Source: Candidatus Latescibacterota bacterium (lineage in GTDB: Bacteria > Latescibacterota > UBA2968 > UBA8231). From it: a stretch of DNA of 64,000 bases. The notes under the pieces are model-generated. The model was not told where the DNA came from. It did not search any database and saw only the letters and a program-made list of their open reading frames with translations. Both the position numbers and the translations under genes were made by a program. The DNA lies in assembly GCA_965261395.1 (NCBI GenBank), contig OZ253462.1, positions 512,001 to 576,000 on the forward strand, given 5' to 3'. Below, one piece after another: positions 10,205 through 19,497 of the stretch; the stretch's first letter is position 1, and each line of letters begins with the position of its first letter.

Positions 10205-11761
10205 TCAGCGAATCCGTTCGCTGCGCAGCCCTATCCAGACGCAGACAGCCATTCCCAAGATGACAATGGCGAACGGGAGGCCGGTTGCGAGCGAGGCTGC
10301 CTGCAACGAATTCAGCCCTCCGCCAAGTAGGAGTGCTATAGCGACTAACCCTTCGATAGTACACCAGAAGACGCGTTGCGCTACTGGGGCGTCAACTTTG
10401 CCGCCGGCTGCGATGGTGTCAAGAATCAACGAACCGGAGTCCGACGAGGTGACGAAAAATACAATAGTCAGCAGGATCGCCACCGATGAAAGTAGCTTCG
10501 TCAGCGGGAGTTGGTCGAACATTTTGAACAAGGCGATTTCCAGCTTCCACGCCGCAACATTCTCCGTTACACCGGTATAGCCCTCAACGGTGTGCTGATA
10601 GAGAGCCGTGCCGCCAAAGGTCCCAAACCACAGCAAACACAACACCATCGGCGGGATGAGCACGAAAATTATGAATTCGCGCACTGTGCGGCCCTTGGAA
10701 ATGCGGGCGATGAACGTGCCGACAAAAGGGGCCCAGGCAAACCACCAGGCCAAGTAGAAGGTCGTCCAACCGTGCAGGAAATCCGTATCTTCGCGCCCTA
10801 CCCAGTTACTGAGCGGCACAATCTTGACGAGATAGCTACCGAGCGCAGCGAACATACTGCGGAAAATATAGAGCGTCGGCCCCAGAACAATAATCGCCAA
10901 CAGCAACAACAACGCGAGAATTATATTGAACTGGCTGAGGCGCTTGATCCCGACATTAATACCCGCCAGCACCGATGTCAGCGCGATGGACGTAATCACC
11001 ACAATCAGCACTACCATGGTGGTGTTATTCGCGGGAACACCAAACAGATAATTCAAACCGGAGGTTACCTGCTTGACCCCCAAGCCGAGCGAGGTTGCAA
11101 GCCCGAACAGACCGGCGAAGATGGCGAACGTATCGATGATATGGCCAGGCCAGCCCCAGATGCGGTCGCCAAACAAGGGATAGAACGCCGAGCGGATGGT
11201 GAGCGGCAGTCCCCGGTTGTAGGCGAAGTACGCGAGCGCGAGCCCCACGAGGCCGTAAATGCCCCAACCGTGTAGCCCCCAGTGAAAAACGGTTGCCGCA
11301 ATGCCGACGGCAGCGGCTTCTTCTGTTCCGGCGGGGATGCCAAGCGGCGGCTTTTGGAAGTAGTAGAGCGGCTCTGCCACCCCGTAAAACAGCAGACCGA
11401 TGCCCACGCCGGCCGCAAAGAGCATGGCAAACCAAGTTGCGTTGGAGTACTCGGGTTTTGCATCGGCCCCCCCGAGGCGCACCTTGCCGAGAGGCGAACA
11501 TGCCACATATAGGCAAAAGAGCAAGGTGAGGTTGGCAGCAATCAAGAAAAACCAATCGAGGTTTATCGTGATCCACTCGCGGGTATTTTTGAAAACTTCC
11601 GTCGCGGCTTCCTGGAAGACGAGTGACCCGACGACAAAAACGACGATGGTAATACTGGAGATCGAGAACACGGGAGTCAGATAGATATCTAAACCGAATA
11701 GCTTGCGGTACTCCTCGTCATGCGGCAGTTGTGGCTGTTTTTCTTGTTTACTCATGTTCAA
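10205..11761 (-). CDS. BCCT family transporter (betaine/carnitine/choline)
   Basis: WFAMLFAAGVGIG, FHWGLHGW, WAPFVGTFIARISKGRT, FFVTSSDSG. Confidence 0.96.
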   Translation of the reverse strand: MNMSKQEKQPQLPHDEEYRKLFGLDIYLTPVFSISSITIVVFVVGSLVFQEAATEVFKNTREWITINLDWFFLIAANLTLLFCLYVACSPLGKVRLGGADAKPEYSNATWFAMLFAAGVGIGLLFYGVAEPLYYFQKPPLGIPAGTEEAAAVGIAATVFHWGLHGWGIYGLVGLALAYFAYNRGLPLTIRSAFYPLFGDRIWGWPGHIIDTFAIFAGLFGLATSLGLGVKQVTSGLNYLFGVPANNTTMVVLIVVITSIALTSVLAGINVGIKRLSQFNIILALLLLLAIIVLGPTLYIFRSMFAALGSYLVKIVPLSNWVGREDTDFLHGWTTFYLAWWFAWAPFVGTFIARISKGRTVREFIIFVLIPPMVLCLLWFGTFGGTALYQHTVEGYTGVTENVAAWKLEIALFKMFDQLPLTKLLSSVAILLTIVFFVTSSDSGSLILDTIAAGGKVDAPVAQRVFWCTIEGLVAIALLLGGGLNSLQAASLATGLPFAIVILGMAVCVWIGLRSERIR

Positions 11762-11779
11762 AAGGTCCTCTGTGGTAGG

Positions 11780-14158
11780 CTACTCCCCGACTATGGAGTA
11801 GTTGGCTTCGCCTTCGACAATGCGCAAGAGGCGGTTGACAGGCACTTCTTCCCAAATTTGGCCTTTGCCGCTGGGCCAGATAACCTCCAACCGCTCCACT
11901 TGGTTAGCCTGCCCCAACCCCAAGTGCAGAGCCAGAGCATTGCTCGAACCAAAACCGTAGCCGCTGGCCACTTGGCCATGGACTTGTCGAGCACCGCAAT
12001 AAACTACGGCCCGCGCCCCAATGGCGTCGCGATTGCTAGCTGTACCCACCAGTTTCAGCCCCAGATAATTGCCGACGGGGCCGTCGTTGCGGTAGAGACT
12101 ATTGGGCCAGACATCGGCGTCGTAGTGGCCGCCCAAACCTGCGTATAGATCCAGATCGCCATCGGCATCAAAATCGGCAAAGGTGGCACCGTGTCCCTTA
12201 CCTAGATTGCCGACTCCGGCGGCGGATGTCACTTCGACAAAACGACCGTCCCCCTGATTGAGAAAGAGAGCATTAGGTTCGAGCCGGTACATCTCGGGCC
12301 CACCATTAGCCAAGTAGATGTCCGGAAAACCATTGTTGTCGACGTCGCCTAGGCCAATGCCCATCGAGCCGAACGAGCGCCCCAAACCCGCTGGGACTGC
12401 AATATCCGTGAACGTTCCGTCGCCGTTATTGAGGTATAGAAAGGGTCGGTTGGGTTCAATTGCGCGGCCTTCTACCCAGCTATTGAGCACATCCTCGAAA
12501 GCACTCATAGTCGAAGCGAAAAGGTCGAGTTGGCCGTCGTTATTAAAGTCGAAAAAAAAGGTTACGTAGCCACCGTCCAAGGGGAAGATTACCCCTGCTT
12601 GGTCCGCTCTGTCCACAAAAGCACCATCTGTCTCATTGTGGTAGAGCCGATTGGGCGTGCCAATGTTTACGACATAGAGATCCAAATACCCATCTCCATC
12701 GTAATCGCCAAAGGCCGTGCCGATGGTCTTGCTCGAATCCGCTGTTCCCGATGATTGGCCAATATCTGCAAACGTCCCATCTTGCTGGTTATGCCACAAA
12801 TTATTGCGTCCACCATCTCCAATGACCCCATTGGCTACATAGAGGTCCAAATACCCGTCTAGATCTACATCGCCCCAAGCGGCAGTAAAACTGGCCTGGG
12901 CCTCGTCTAGGCCCGCTCTTTGCGCCACATCGACAAAGTGGTCGTCCTCGTTGCGATAGAGGGAATTGGCGGCTGCGCCCTCCCAAGCGTCTCGGGTCAC
13001 AAAAAGATCGGCGTCCCCATCGTTATCGAAATCGGCGGCCGTTCCCCCCCAACCACCTCGCGAATCGTCCAAGCCCCAAAGAGGGGCTACATCCTCAAAC
13101 CGGCCCCGCCCTTCGTTGCGGTAGAGGGCGTGGGTACTCTGGATACCAACACTAAAAATATCCAGATCGCCATCGCCGTCGAAGTCGAGCCAAGCACTAC
13201 CCCGACCCCGATCGCGTTTATCAACACCGGCCTGGAGCCCGATATCGGCGAAAACCACTGCTCGGCTGGCCGACATCTGGACAAAGGGATTGAAGCGGTA
13301 GCGCTCGGGCAAGTCCACCGGATAACCGCCCTGCCGCTCCCAAGCCAATCTAAGCAGCCACAGACTTTTGAGACGCTCGGGATAGTGGTCCAGATTTAGG
13401 TCCACCGCCTGCCGTAGCAGCGGAATAACGTCCCTATGGTCGCCCCAAAATGCGGCTGTGCCTGCCAGCAACGCAACATAACCGTCATCGGAGTAGACTT
13501 CGAGCAGAGAGCTAGCTACTTCGACAGCCCCATTAAATTCGCCTAGTCGTAGTTGAGATTCGAGCAACATCAAGCCCGCGTCTCGGTGAGTAGGCACCTG
13601 GAGCAGGATCTGGCGGCTCAGATCGCGGGCTTTGCCCAAATCCATAGTAGAGGCCGCTTTCAAAGCTAATTCGGCTAAGAGCAGGCGGGCATCCAGGGAC
13701 TGAGGGTGCTCGCTCAAAACCTGAGCGGCGATGGCTCGGGCTTCCAAAGCCCGGCCCTCAAAGGCCATGAGCCGCGCTTGGAGAATTCGCGCCTCGGGCC
13801 GTCCACGCAAATCGGGCGGAAGCTGTAGAAGGGTCAGACGGATGGGATCGGCTTGGCTCAGATCGCGGCTTGCACTTGGGCTACACAGCTCCCACAGGAT
13901 GTTCTGAGCCCGATTCTTGCGCCCCTGCTTGAGGCTGATTTCGCTCAAACGAACTAGCGCCACGGTGCTGTCGGGTGCCAGTTCCAATACTTTCTGGAAG
14001 CGTTCGCCGGCTAGGTCAAGGCGGTTGGTATAGAAGTAGCGCAGCCCTTCTCCGTAGAGCTGGTCGCTCTCTGACTTGGGCATTTGGGACTCGGAACAGC
14101 TAAAAAATGAAAGAAAAAAAACGCAGATGCCGAGGCGATTAATAAATCGATTGGACAT
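11780..14158 (-). CDS. TPR + FG-GAP (CRTAC1/ASPIC-UnbV) lipoprotein
   Basis: FFSC lipobox-like; N-terminal TPRs; many DFDxDGDLD repeats; NRDAIGA...LHLGLG ASPIC tail. Confidence 0.9.
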   Translation of the reverse strand: MSNRFINRLGICVFFLSFFSCSESQMPKSESDQLYGEGLRYFYTNRLDLAGERFQKVLELAPDSTVALVRLSEISLKQGRKNRAQNILWELCSPSASRDLSQADPIRLTLLQLPPDLRGRPEARILQARLMAFEGRALEARAIAAQVLSEHPQSLDARLLLAELALKAASTMDLGKARDLSRQILLQVPTHRDAGLMLLESQLRLGEFNGAVEVASSLLEVYSDDGYVALLAGTAAFWGDHRDVIPLLRQAVDLNLDHYPERLKSLWLLRLAWERQGGYPVDLPERYRFNPFVQMSASRAVVFADIGLQAGVDKRDRGRGSAWLDFDGDGDLDIFSVGIQSTHALYRNEGRGRFEDVAPLWGLDDSRGGWGGTAADFDNDGDADLFVTRDAWEGAAANSLYRNEDDHFVDVAQRAGLDEAQASFTAAWGDVDLDGYLDLYVANGVIGDGGRNNLWHNQQDGTFADIGQSSGTADSSKTIGTAFGDYDGDGYLDLYVVNIGTPNRLYHNETDGAFVDRADQAGVIFPLDGGYVTFFFDFNNDGQLDLFASTMSAFEDVLNSWVEGRAIEPNRPFLYLNNGDGTFTDIAVPAGLGRSFGSMGIGLGDVDNNGFPDIYLANGGPEMYRLEPNALFLNQGDGRFVEVTSAAGVGNLGKGHGATFADFDADGDLDLYAGLGGHYDADVWPNSLYRNDGPVGNYLGLKLVGTASNRDAIGARAVVYCGARQVHGQVASGYGFGSSNALALHLGLGQANQVERLEVIWPSGKGQIWEEVPVNRLLRIVEGEANYSIVGE

Positions 14159-14178
14159 AGTGTAAGAGTTTGTCTTTG

Positions 14179-15564
14179 TCAGAAAGACGCTTCCAACCAA
14201 GCCAATTTGGTCTCGGCTTGGGGATAGTCTGGATCTAGTGCCAGTACCTTCTTGAATAAAGTTTTGGCCTCTTCGTAATTCTTGAGCTGTACTTGGGTTA
14301 GGGCCAGAGCGTAATGGGCCTCAACATAAATGGGAAGATGTGTCGGGGCCCATTCCAGGGTCCGGCGCAGCGCGGCATCGGCTTGCTGATAATTTTTGCT
14401 CAATAACGAGGATCGGCCTAGGCCAAAGACGGCACGCACTGAAGTAGAGTCGAGGGCAATAGCCGCGACAAAAGATTTTTGGGCCGCGGCAAAATCCCTC
14501 TCGAGGAGATGGGTTTCCCCCAATAGCGAATGGGCTTCCACATGTTCGGGCGCTAAGCCGAGGATCTGTTCCAAGAGGTGACGAGCACTTTGCGGGTCGT
14601 TTACTTGTAAATGCACAATACACAAGCTGAGGTACGCATCAACAAAAGAAGAATCGATCTCTATAGCTTGGGAGAAAGAGGTGATTGCCTGCGCCTGTTT
14701 ACCTTTAAGCAGGTAGATTTGTCCCTGATCATAGTGGCGCTTGGCCGTGCTCAGGCGCTGGTAAATTTGCAGTGCTTTGGCCGCTTCGGCGGCTCTCTCC
14801 ATCCGGTTGAGGACTTGGTGATGCAAGTAGTGGGCCTGGGCGTGACGCGGTTCCCGCGCGATGGCTTGTTCTAGGGTAGACACGGCTTCTCGATGTCTCC
14901 CCGCTTGGGTTTGCAAGGTGGCTAAGGCGACGAGAGCGGCTACATGATGAGGTGCCAGCACCAACAGTTTTTTGTATCCAGCCTCGGCTTCGGCGGGTCT
15001 ATCGCTGCGCCCGAGCAATTCGCTGCGGTGGTAGAGGGCATCTACAAAATCGGGCTCCAAATCCAGTGCTGCTTCAAAGGCGGCAATGGCCCCGTCAAAA
15101 TCTGCCGTGGCTCTCAGAGATTTACCGAGTTGATAGCGATAGAGCGCCTCTTCTGGTTCCAACTCAATGGCGCGCTGATAATGGAGTATCGACTCGGGGT
15201 AGCGGTGTTCGGCGCTAAGAGCATTCCCCAAGACAAAGCGAAAAGAACCATTGAGCGAATCGAGTCCCACAGCCCGTTGCAGGAAGGGGATAGCCAGCCC
15301 GTACTCACCTAGACGAACGTGGGCTAGCCCCCAGTTAAAGTGGACTGAGGGGAGCTTGGGCACCCGTTTTGCGGCTTGGCGCAGAACGGTCAGAGCTTGG
15401 CGCGGCTGGCCCTGTTTTAAAAATAAAGCCCCTCGGTTGACCAACCGTACACCTTCTGGATCCTGCGCTAGTGGGCGTGCCTTTTCGAGAGGGGTATGGT
15501 CAGTGCTGCAAGCATACAGGAGTAGGACAACCCAAAAGGCGCTGCAGCAGCGGTGAATAGACAT
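14179..15564 (-). CDS. Multi-TPR lipoprotein
   Basis: LYAC lipobox-like; many consecutive TPR motifs. Confidence 0.88.
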   Translation of the reverse strand: MSIHRCCSAFWVVLLLYACSTDHTPLEKARPLAQDPEGVRLVNRGALFLKQGQPRQALTVLRQAAKRVPKLPSVHFNWGLAHVRLGEYGLAIPFLQRAVGLDSLNGSFRFVLGNALSAEHRYPESILHYQRAIELEPEEALYRYQLGKSLRATADFDGAIAAFEAALDLEPDFVDALYHRSELLGRSDRPAEAEAGYKKLLVLAPHHVAALVALATLQTQAGRHREAVSTLEQAIAREPRHAQAHYLHHQVLNRMERAAEAAKALQIYQRLSTAKRHYDQGQIYLLKGKQAQAITSFSQAIEIDSSFVDAYLSLCIVHLQVNDPQSARHLLEQILGLAPEHVEAHSLLGETHLLERDFAAAQKSFVAAIALDSTSVRAVFGLGRSSLLSKNYQQADAALRRTLEWAPTHLPIYVEAHYALALTQVQLKNYEEAKTLFKKVLALDPDYPQAETKLAWLEASF

Positions 15565-15664
15565 CGCGGACTCAATCCAGTTGTCGCGGTCCCTTTTTTC
15601 TTTTTACCATACATAGGGTTACGGCAATATAATCCCCGATCTAGAAAGCAGCAATGCACCTACT

Positions 15665-18475
15665 ATGGCTACAGGCGCTCGTACTGTGCAGCTTCTGATT
15701 GCGCTCATCTGCTTTTTCCTCTCTGGATTTGCGGGCCTAGTGTACGAGGTGGTCTGGATCCGCCAAGCTTCGTTGCTATTCGGCTCCACTACCTTTGCCC
15801 TCAGTACGGTCCTAGCGGTTTTCTTCTTAGGCCTAGCCTGCGGTTCGTACTTCTTCGGCCGCCACGGTCAGCGGACCGGCCATCCTCTGCTCGTTTTTGC
15901 TCTGGTTGAAATCGGCCTAGGGCTTTTGGTGCTAGCCAATCCCTATGCCTTCGAATTGGTAGACTCCCTCTACGGCACCGTCTACCAATCCCTGGCTGGG
16001 CACGCCATTTTGCACTTCCTGACTCGGATTGTTCTAGTGGGATTCGTGATCTTGCCGCCGACGGTTCTCATGGGCGCCACCCTCCCTCTCTTCTGTCGTC
16101 AGTTTGTGCGCAGTGATGCCAAAATCGCTCGTTCCGTCGGCTTGCTCTACGGCATCAACACCTTGGGCGCAGCCCTGGGTTGTGTCTGCGCCGGATTTAT
16201 CCTTTTGCCTGAGCTAGGCTTTCTGGGCACAGTACGACTCGGGGCAGTTCTGAACATACTCGTAGGCGTCATCGCAGGGTCTCTGCCAATCGCCAGAAGC
16301 GGACTGGCTCGACTCCAGCTTCTAGGGACGGAAGAGAGAGGTCATTGGGGTGTATTTGCGCTGTTTTTTGCCGTTGGCTTTGTAGCGATAGGAGGTGAGG
16401 TGCTGTGGACGCGCTATTTGGGACTTTTGATCGCCAATACAGTGTACACCTATACGCTGACCTTGGCCGTAGTGCTAGTAGGTTTAGTGTTGGGGAGCAT
16501 GCTTGCCTCCCTGTTCTTTGATGGGACGATACATAGAGCACGGTATTTCGGCGTTATCCAGGTGCTCTTGGGGCTGGTAGTACTCCTCCTAATGATGCTC
16601 CCGTCTGACATCTGGCGGCGTCTGGGGGAGGAGTGGTGGATTTATGCAGTTTTACTGCTGCCTCCTGCTGTTTTAGGAGGTGCGTCTTTTCCGCTGGCGG
16701 TGAGAATGGTGGTCGAGGACGCATCCGCGGCGAGCAGTGGCACGGGGAAAATCGCCGCAGTCAACACATTGGGGGGGATCGCAGGATCATTGGCGATCGG
16801 CTTTGTGGGCCTGCCATTCTTCGGCCTGGAGAGCAGTCTCCTCTTCATCACGGGCACGAGCTTGGCTGTCGGGTTCGCTGCGTGGATCTGGCTCGACCGC
16901 ACATCTACCCTAGCCGTTAAAGCGGCATTCATAGTGCTCTCCTCGTGCGTATGGCTCGGAGTTCCCTATCTGATGGCCACCCGTATTCCCGCCGACTTTC
17001 TGGGCGAGCGAGAAGAGCTTGTCGACTTCCGCGAGGGTTATGGCTCCAACTTGGCGGTCATCCGCCAAGATCAAGGACTTCAACTCGAGATCAACCGCTG
17101 GTGGCAGGGCAGGGACCGCAAGACACACCAAGTAATGGCAGCCCACGTCCCTATGTTGTTGCATCCCGATCCCAAGCGGGTCCTCTTGGTGGGCGTCGGC
17201 ACCGGCCAGACCGCGGCTCGCTTTCTGCTCTACTCTATTGACCACCTAGAGTGCGTCGATATCGAACCTACCATCTTCGGTTTTATCCGCTCCCATTTCG
17301 ACTCCAGTTGGATGGCAGATCCCAGAGTCGAGCTAATCGGTGCCGATGGCCGCAACTATTTGCGCCATACCCCTTCGACTTACGATGTGATTTCCCTCGA
17401 ATTGGGCCAGCTTTCCCGTCCCGGCGTGGCGTCTTTCTACACGGCCGACTTCTATCACCAAGTGCAAAAACGGCTGCGTGCTGGCGGTTTTCTGGTCCAA
17501 TTTATCCCCTTGTCTCTTTTGACCGCCGACCATTTTCGCAGCACCGTGCGAAGCTTTCTAGAGGCTTTTCCCCATAGCCTGTTGTGGTACAATACTTCAG
17601 AACTGCTGCTCATCGGTGGCGGACGGGATTTCGCCGTTGATCGGGCCGTTGTCGAAGGACGTCTGTCCAGCGAAAAAATTCGCCGCGATCTGGAGTACAG
17701 CCACTGGGGAGGCCCCCTCTACTGGCTCAACCGACCACAGGTCTTTTTGGGCAGCTATCTGATGGGATCCGCTGGTTTGGCCAAACTGGCGAATGAGGCC
17801 CCGATCTACAGGGATGATCGGCCCGTTCTCGACTATGCGGTCGCCCGCGCCTTTGCAAATCGGACAAACGCGCTCGCGACGCTCGATCTTCTGCAAAAGC
17901 ATTTGGAACCCTTCGCCACCTTGATGCCTATTGGACCAGATGAAAATAGGACCCTTGAGGAAATACGGACCAAAAACTTGCGGGAAATTGCCGCTAGCGC
18001 CGCCCTCCGGCAAGCTAAAGCCCTAATCGCCGTCCGAAACTATCTGGACGCCTCGAGACTGTTGGCAGGCACCCTAGACCAACTACCCGAGCACCTAGTG
18101 GCTAGGCGCACTCTAGCGGATGTACTAATGCGCTTGGGCCGCTTTGAAGAAGCGAGGGCCCATTACACCCAAGTCGTAGAAATCGCCCGGGGGGATGTAC
18201 AGGCCTTGGACGGCTTGGCTCTGGCATTCCACCAATTGGGGCGTCTCGACGAAGCGATCCACCACTACAAGGCTGCGCTACGGCTACAGCCCGACCGGGC
18301 GGCAACCTGTAGCAATCTCGGCGGAGCACTAGCTCGGCGAGGAAAGCTAAAAGAAGCCCAATTCTATCTCGAAAAAGCACTCCAGCTCAAAACTGACTTC
18401 GCCGATGCCAAACGCAACCTCGCCCAAGTACAAGCGGCCTTACAGCGCAGGGAGCAATCGCGCCCTTCACCGTGA
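15665..18475 (+). CDS. Fused membrane domain / spermidine-synthase-like SAM methyltransferase with C-terminal TPRs
   Basis: LSGFAGLVYEVVW multi-TM N-half; VLLVGVGTG and DGRNYL SAM-fold motifs; TPR tail. Confidence 0.88.
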   Translation: MATGARTVQLLIALICFFLSGFAGLVYEVVWIRQASLLFGSTTFALSTVLAVFFLGLACGSYFFGRHGQRTGHPLLVFALVEIGLGLLVLANPYAFELVDSLYGTVYQSLAGHAILHFLTRIVLVGFVILPPTVLMGATLPLFCRQFVRSDAKIARSVGLLYGINTLGAALGCVCAGFILLPELGFLGTVRLGAVLNILVGVIAGSLPIARSGLARLQLLGTEERGHWGVFALFFAVGFVAIGGEVLWTRYLGLLIANTVYTYTLTLAVVLVGLVLGSMLASLFFDGTIHRARYFGVIQVLLGLVVLLLMMLPSDIWRRLGEEWWIYAVLLLPPAVLGGASFPLAVRMVVEDASAASSGTGKIAAVNTLGGIAGSLAIGFVGLPFFGLESSLLFITGTSLAVGFAAWIWLDRTSTLAVKAAFIVLSSCVWLGVPYLMATRIPADFLGEREELVDFREGYGSNLAVIRQDQGLQLEINRWWQGRDRKTHQVMAAHVPMLLHPDPKRVLLVGVGTGQTAARFLLYSIDHLECVDIEPTIFGFIRSHFDSSWMADPRVELIGADGRNYLRHTPSTYDVISLELGQLSRPGVASFYTADFYHQVQKRLRAGGFLVQFIPLSLLTADHFRSTVRSFLEAFPHSLLWYNTSELLLIGGGRDFAVDRAVVEGRLSSEKIRRDLEYSHWGGPLYWLNRPQVFLGSYLMGSAGLAKLANEAPIYRDDRPVLDYAVARAFANRTNALATLDLLQKHLEPFATLMPIGPDENRTLEEIRTKNLREIAASAALRQAKALIAVRNYLDASRLLAGTLDQLPEHLVARRTLADVLMRLGRFEEARAHYTQVVEIARGDVQALDGLALAFHQLGRLDEAIHHYKAALRLQPDRAATCSNLGGALARRGKLKEAQFYLEKALQLKTDFADAKRNLAQVQAALQRREQSRPSP

Positions 18476-18500
18476 AGCTGGAGTTTGTTGAGCCTGCTTT

Positions 18501-19397
18501 TTACCGCACGAGCGTCATCTTGCGGCTCTCTGCTCTCTTGCCGCTCTTCAAACGGTAAAAGTAGATGCCGGAGGGAACCGGCTGCCCTCCGGCGTCCCGA
18601 CCTTCCCAATTCACCCTATAACGACCGATCTGCAACCGCCCAACCACCAGATTGACCACAGGCCGTCCCAGTACATCAAAAACCTGTAAATGCACTTCTG
18701 TTTCACTGGACAAGCTAAAAGGGATGACTGTGCCGCTGTTAAAGGGATTGGGGTAATTACTCTCCAACTCAAAATTCCTTGGTTGCCCCTTCGACATCTC
18801 CAGCCCTGCGGTCGCCTCTAGCTGTTCCCGTTCCTTATCGCCAGCCAAAATCGCCGCGCCCAAATTATCTAGCGCCTCCTCAATGTGCTGGCGGATAACC
18901 TGTTCGTTGAACCGACGGGCAACAGCGCCCACCGAACGATAGCGCAAAATCCCCTCGTGGTCGATCACCGCATAGTTATGCTGGGTAAAACCATAGAGGG
19001 ATCCTACTGTACTGGCTTGGAGAAGAAGAGGGTAGGTCGTTCCTGTTCTCTGGCGAAAACTCAAGTCCACCTGTTGGCTGATGCCGTCCGCTACATCCAC
19101 GCCAATTAAGACGAATTCCTCCCCTTTAAAATCCTGCCAAATCTGCTCTATCTTCGCGGCCTCCGCGAGACAGTGACTTCAGATAAAACCGAAAAAGTTG
19201 ATAAGGACCACCTTGCCGCGAAAATCGCTCAGAGATACATAGTCGCCCTCTAGCTGCTGCAAAGTGAAACCCGGCGCTAGCTTGCCCGCCTCGGGCACTT
19301 GCCCCATCGTCCCTTGGACGCTTAACAGCAGAGCGATCAGTGGTCCCCAAACAACACCTCTGCTCGCCTTCACACGGTAGTTCATCACCTTGACCAT
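18501..19397 (-). CDS. Secreted TlpA/redoxin selenoprotein (UxxC) with FlgD/T9SS type-A-like C-terminal domain; UGA at 19179-19181 read as Sec
   Basis: ORFs 19179..19397 and 18501..19100 share one frame, joined by a single TGA: RGKVVLINFFGFI-U-SHC-LAEAAKIEQIW; C-terminus NYPNPFN...GIYFYRL...RKMTLVR. Confidence 0.85.
19148..19173 (-). promoter_or_regulatory. Candidate bacterial SECIS hairpin
   Basis: CUGUCU-CGCGG-AGG-CCGCG-A-AGAUAG starting 5 nt after the UGA; loop about 16 nt downstream and G-containing. Confidence 0.7.
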
Positions 19398-19497
19398 TTT
19401 GATATATTTTATCTATTCTTCTATGTTCACCTTGCACTATTTAGCCCATAATTGGATCAATTGGAATTTTTGGTTTCCGTAAATAGAAAAAGATTAG

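Noticed and set aside
10511-11275. Long antisense ORFs (also 32653..33633, 35132..35911, 51608..52252)
   Set aside because: They are shadows of well-supported genes in GC-rich DNA and have no motifs.
13835-13895. Possible in-frame insertion in the TPR region of the CRTAC1-like gene (14-bp match to 13615-13628)
   Set aside because: The match is short, there is no clear palindrome, and it cannot be judged without homologs.
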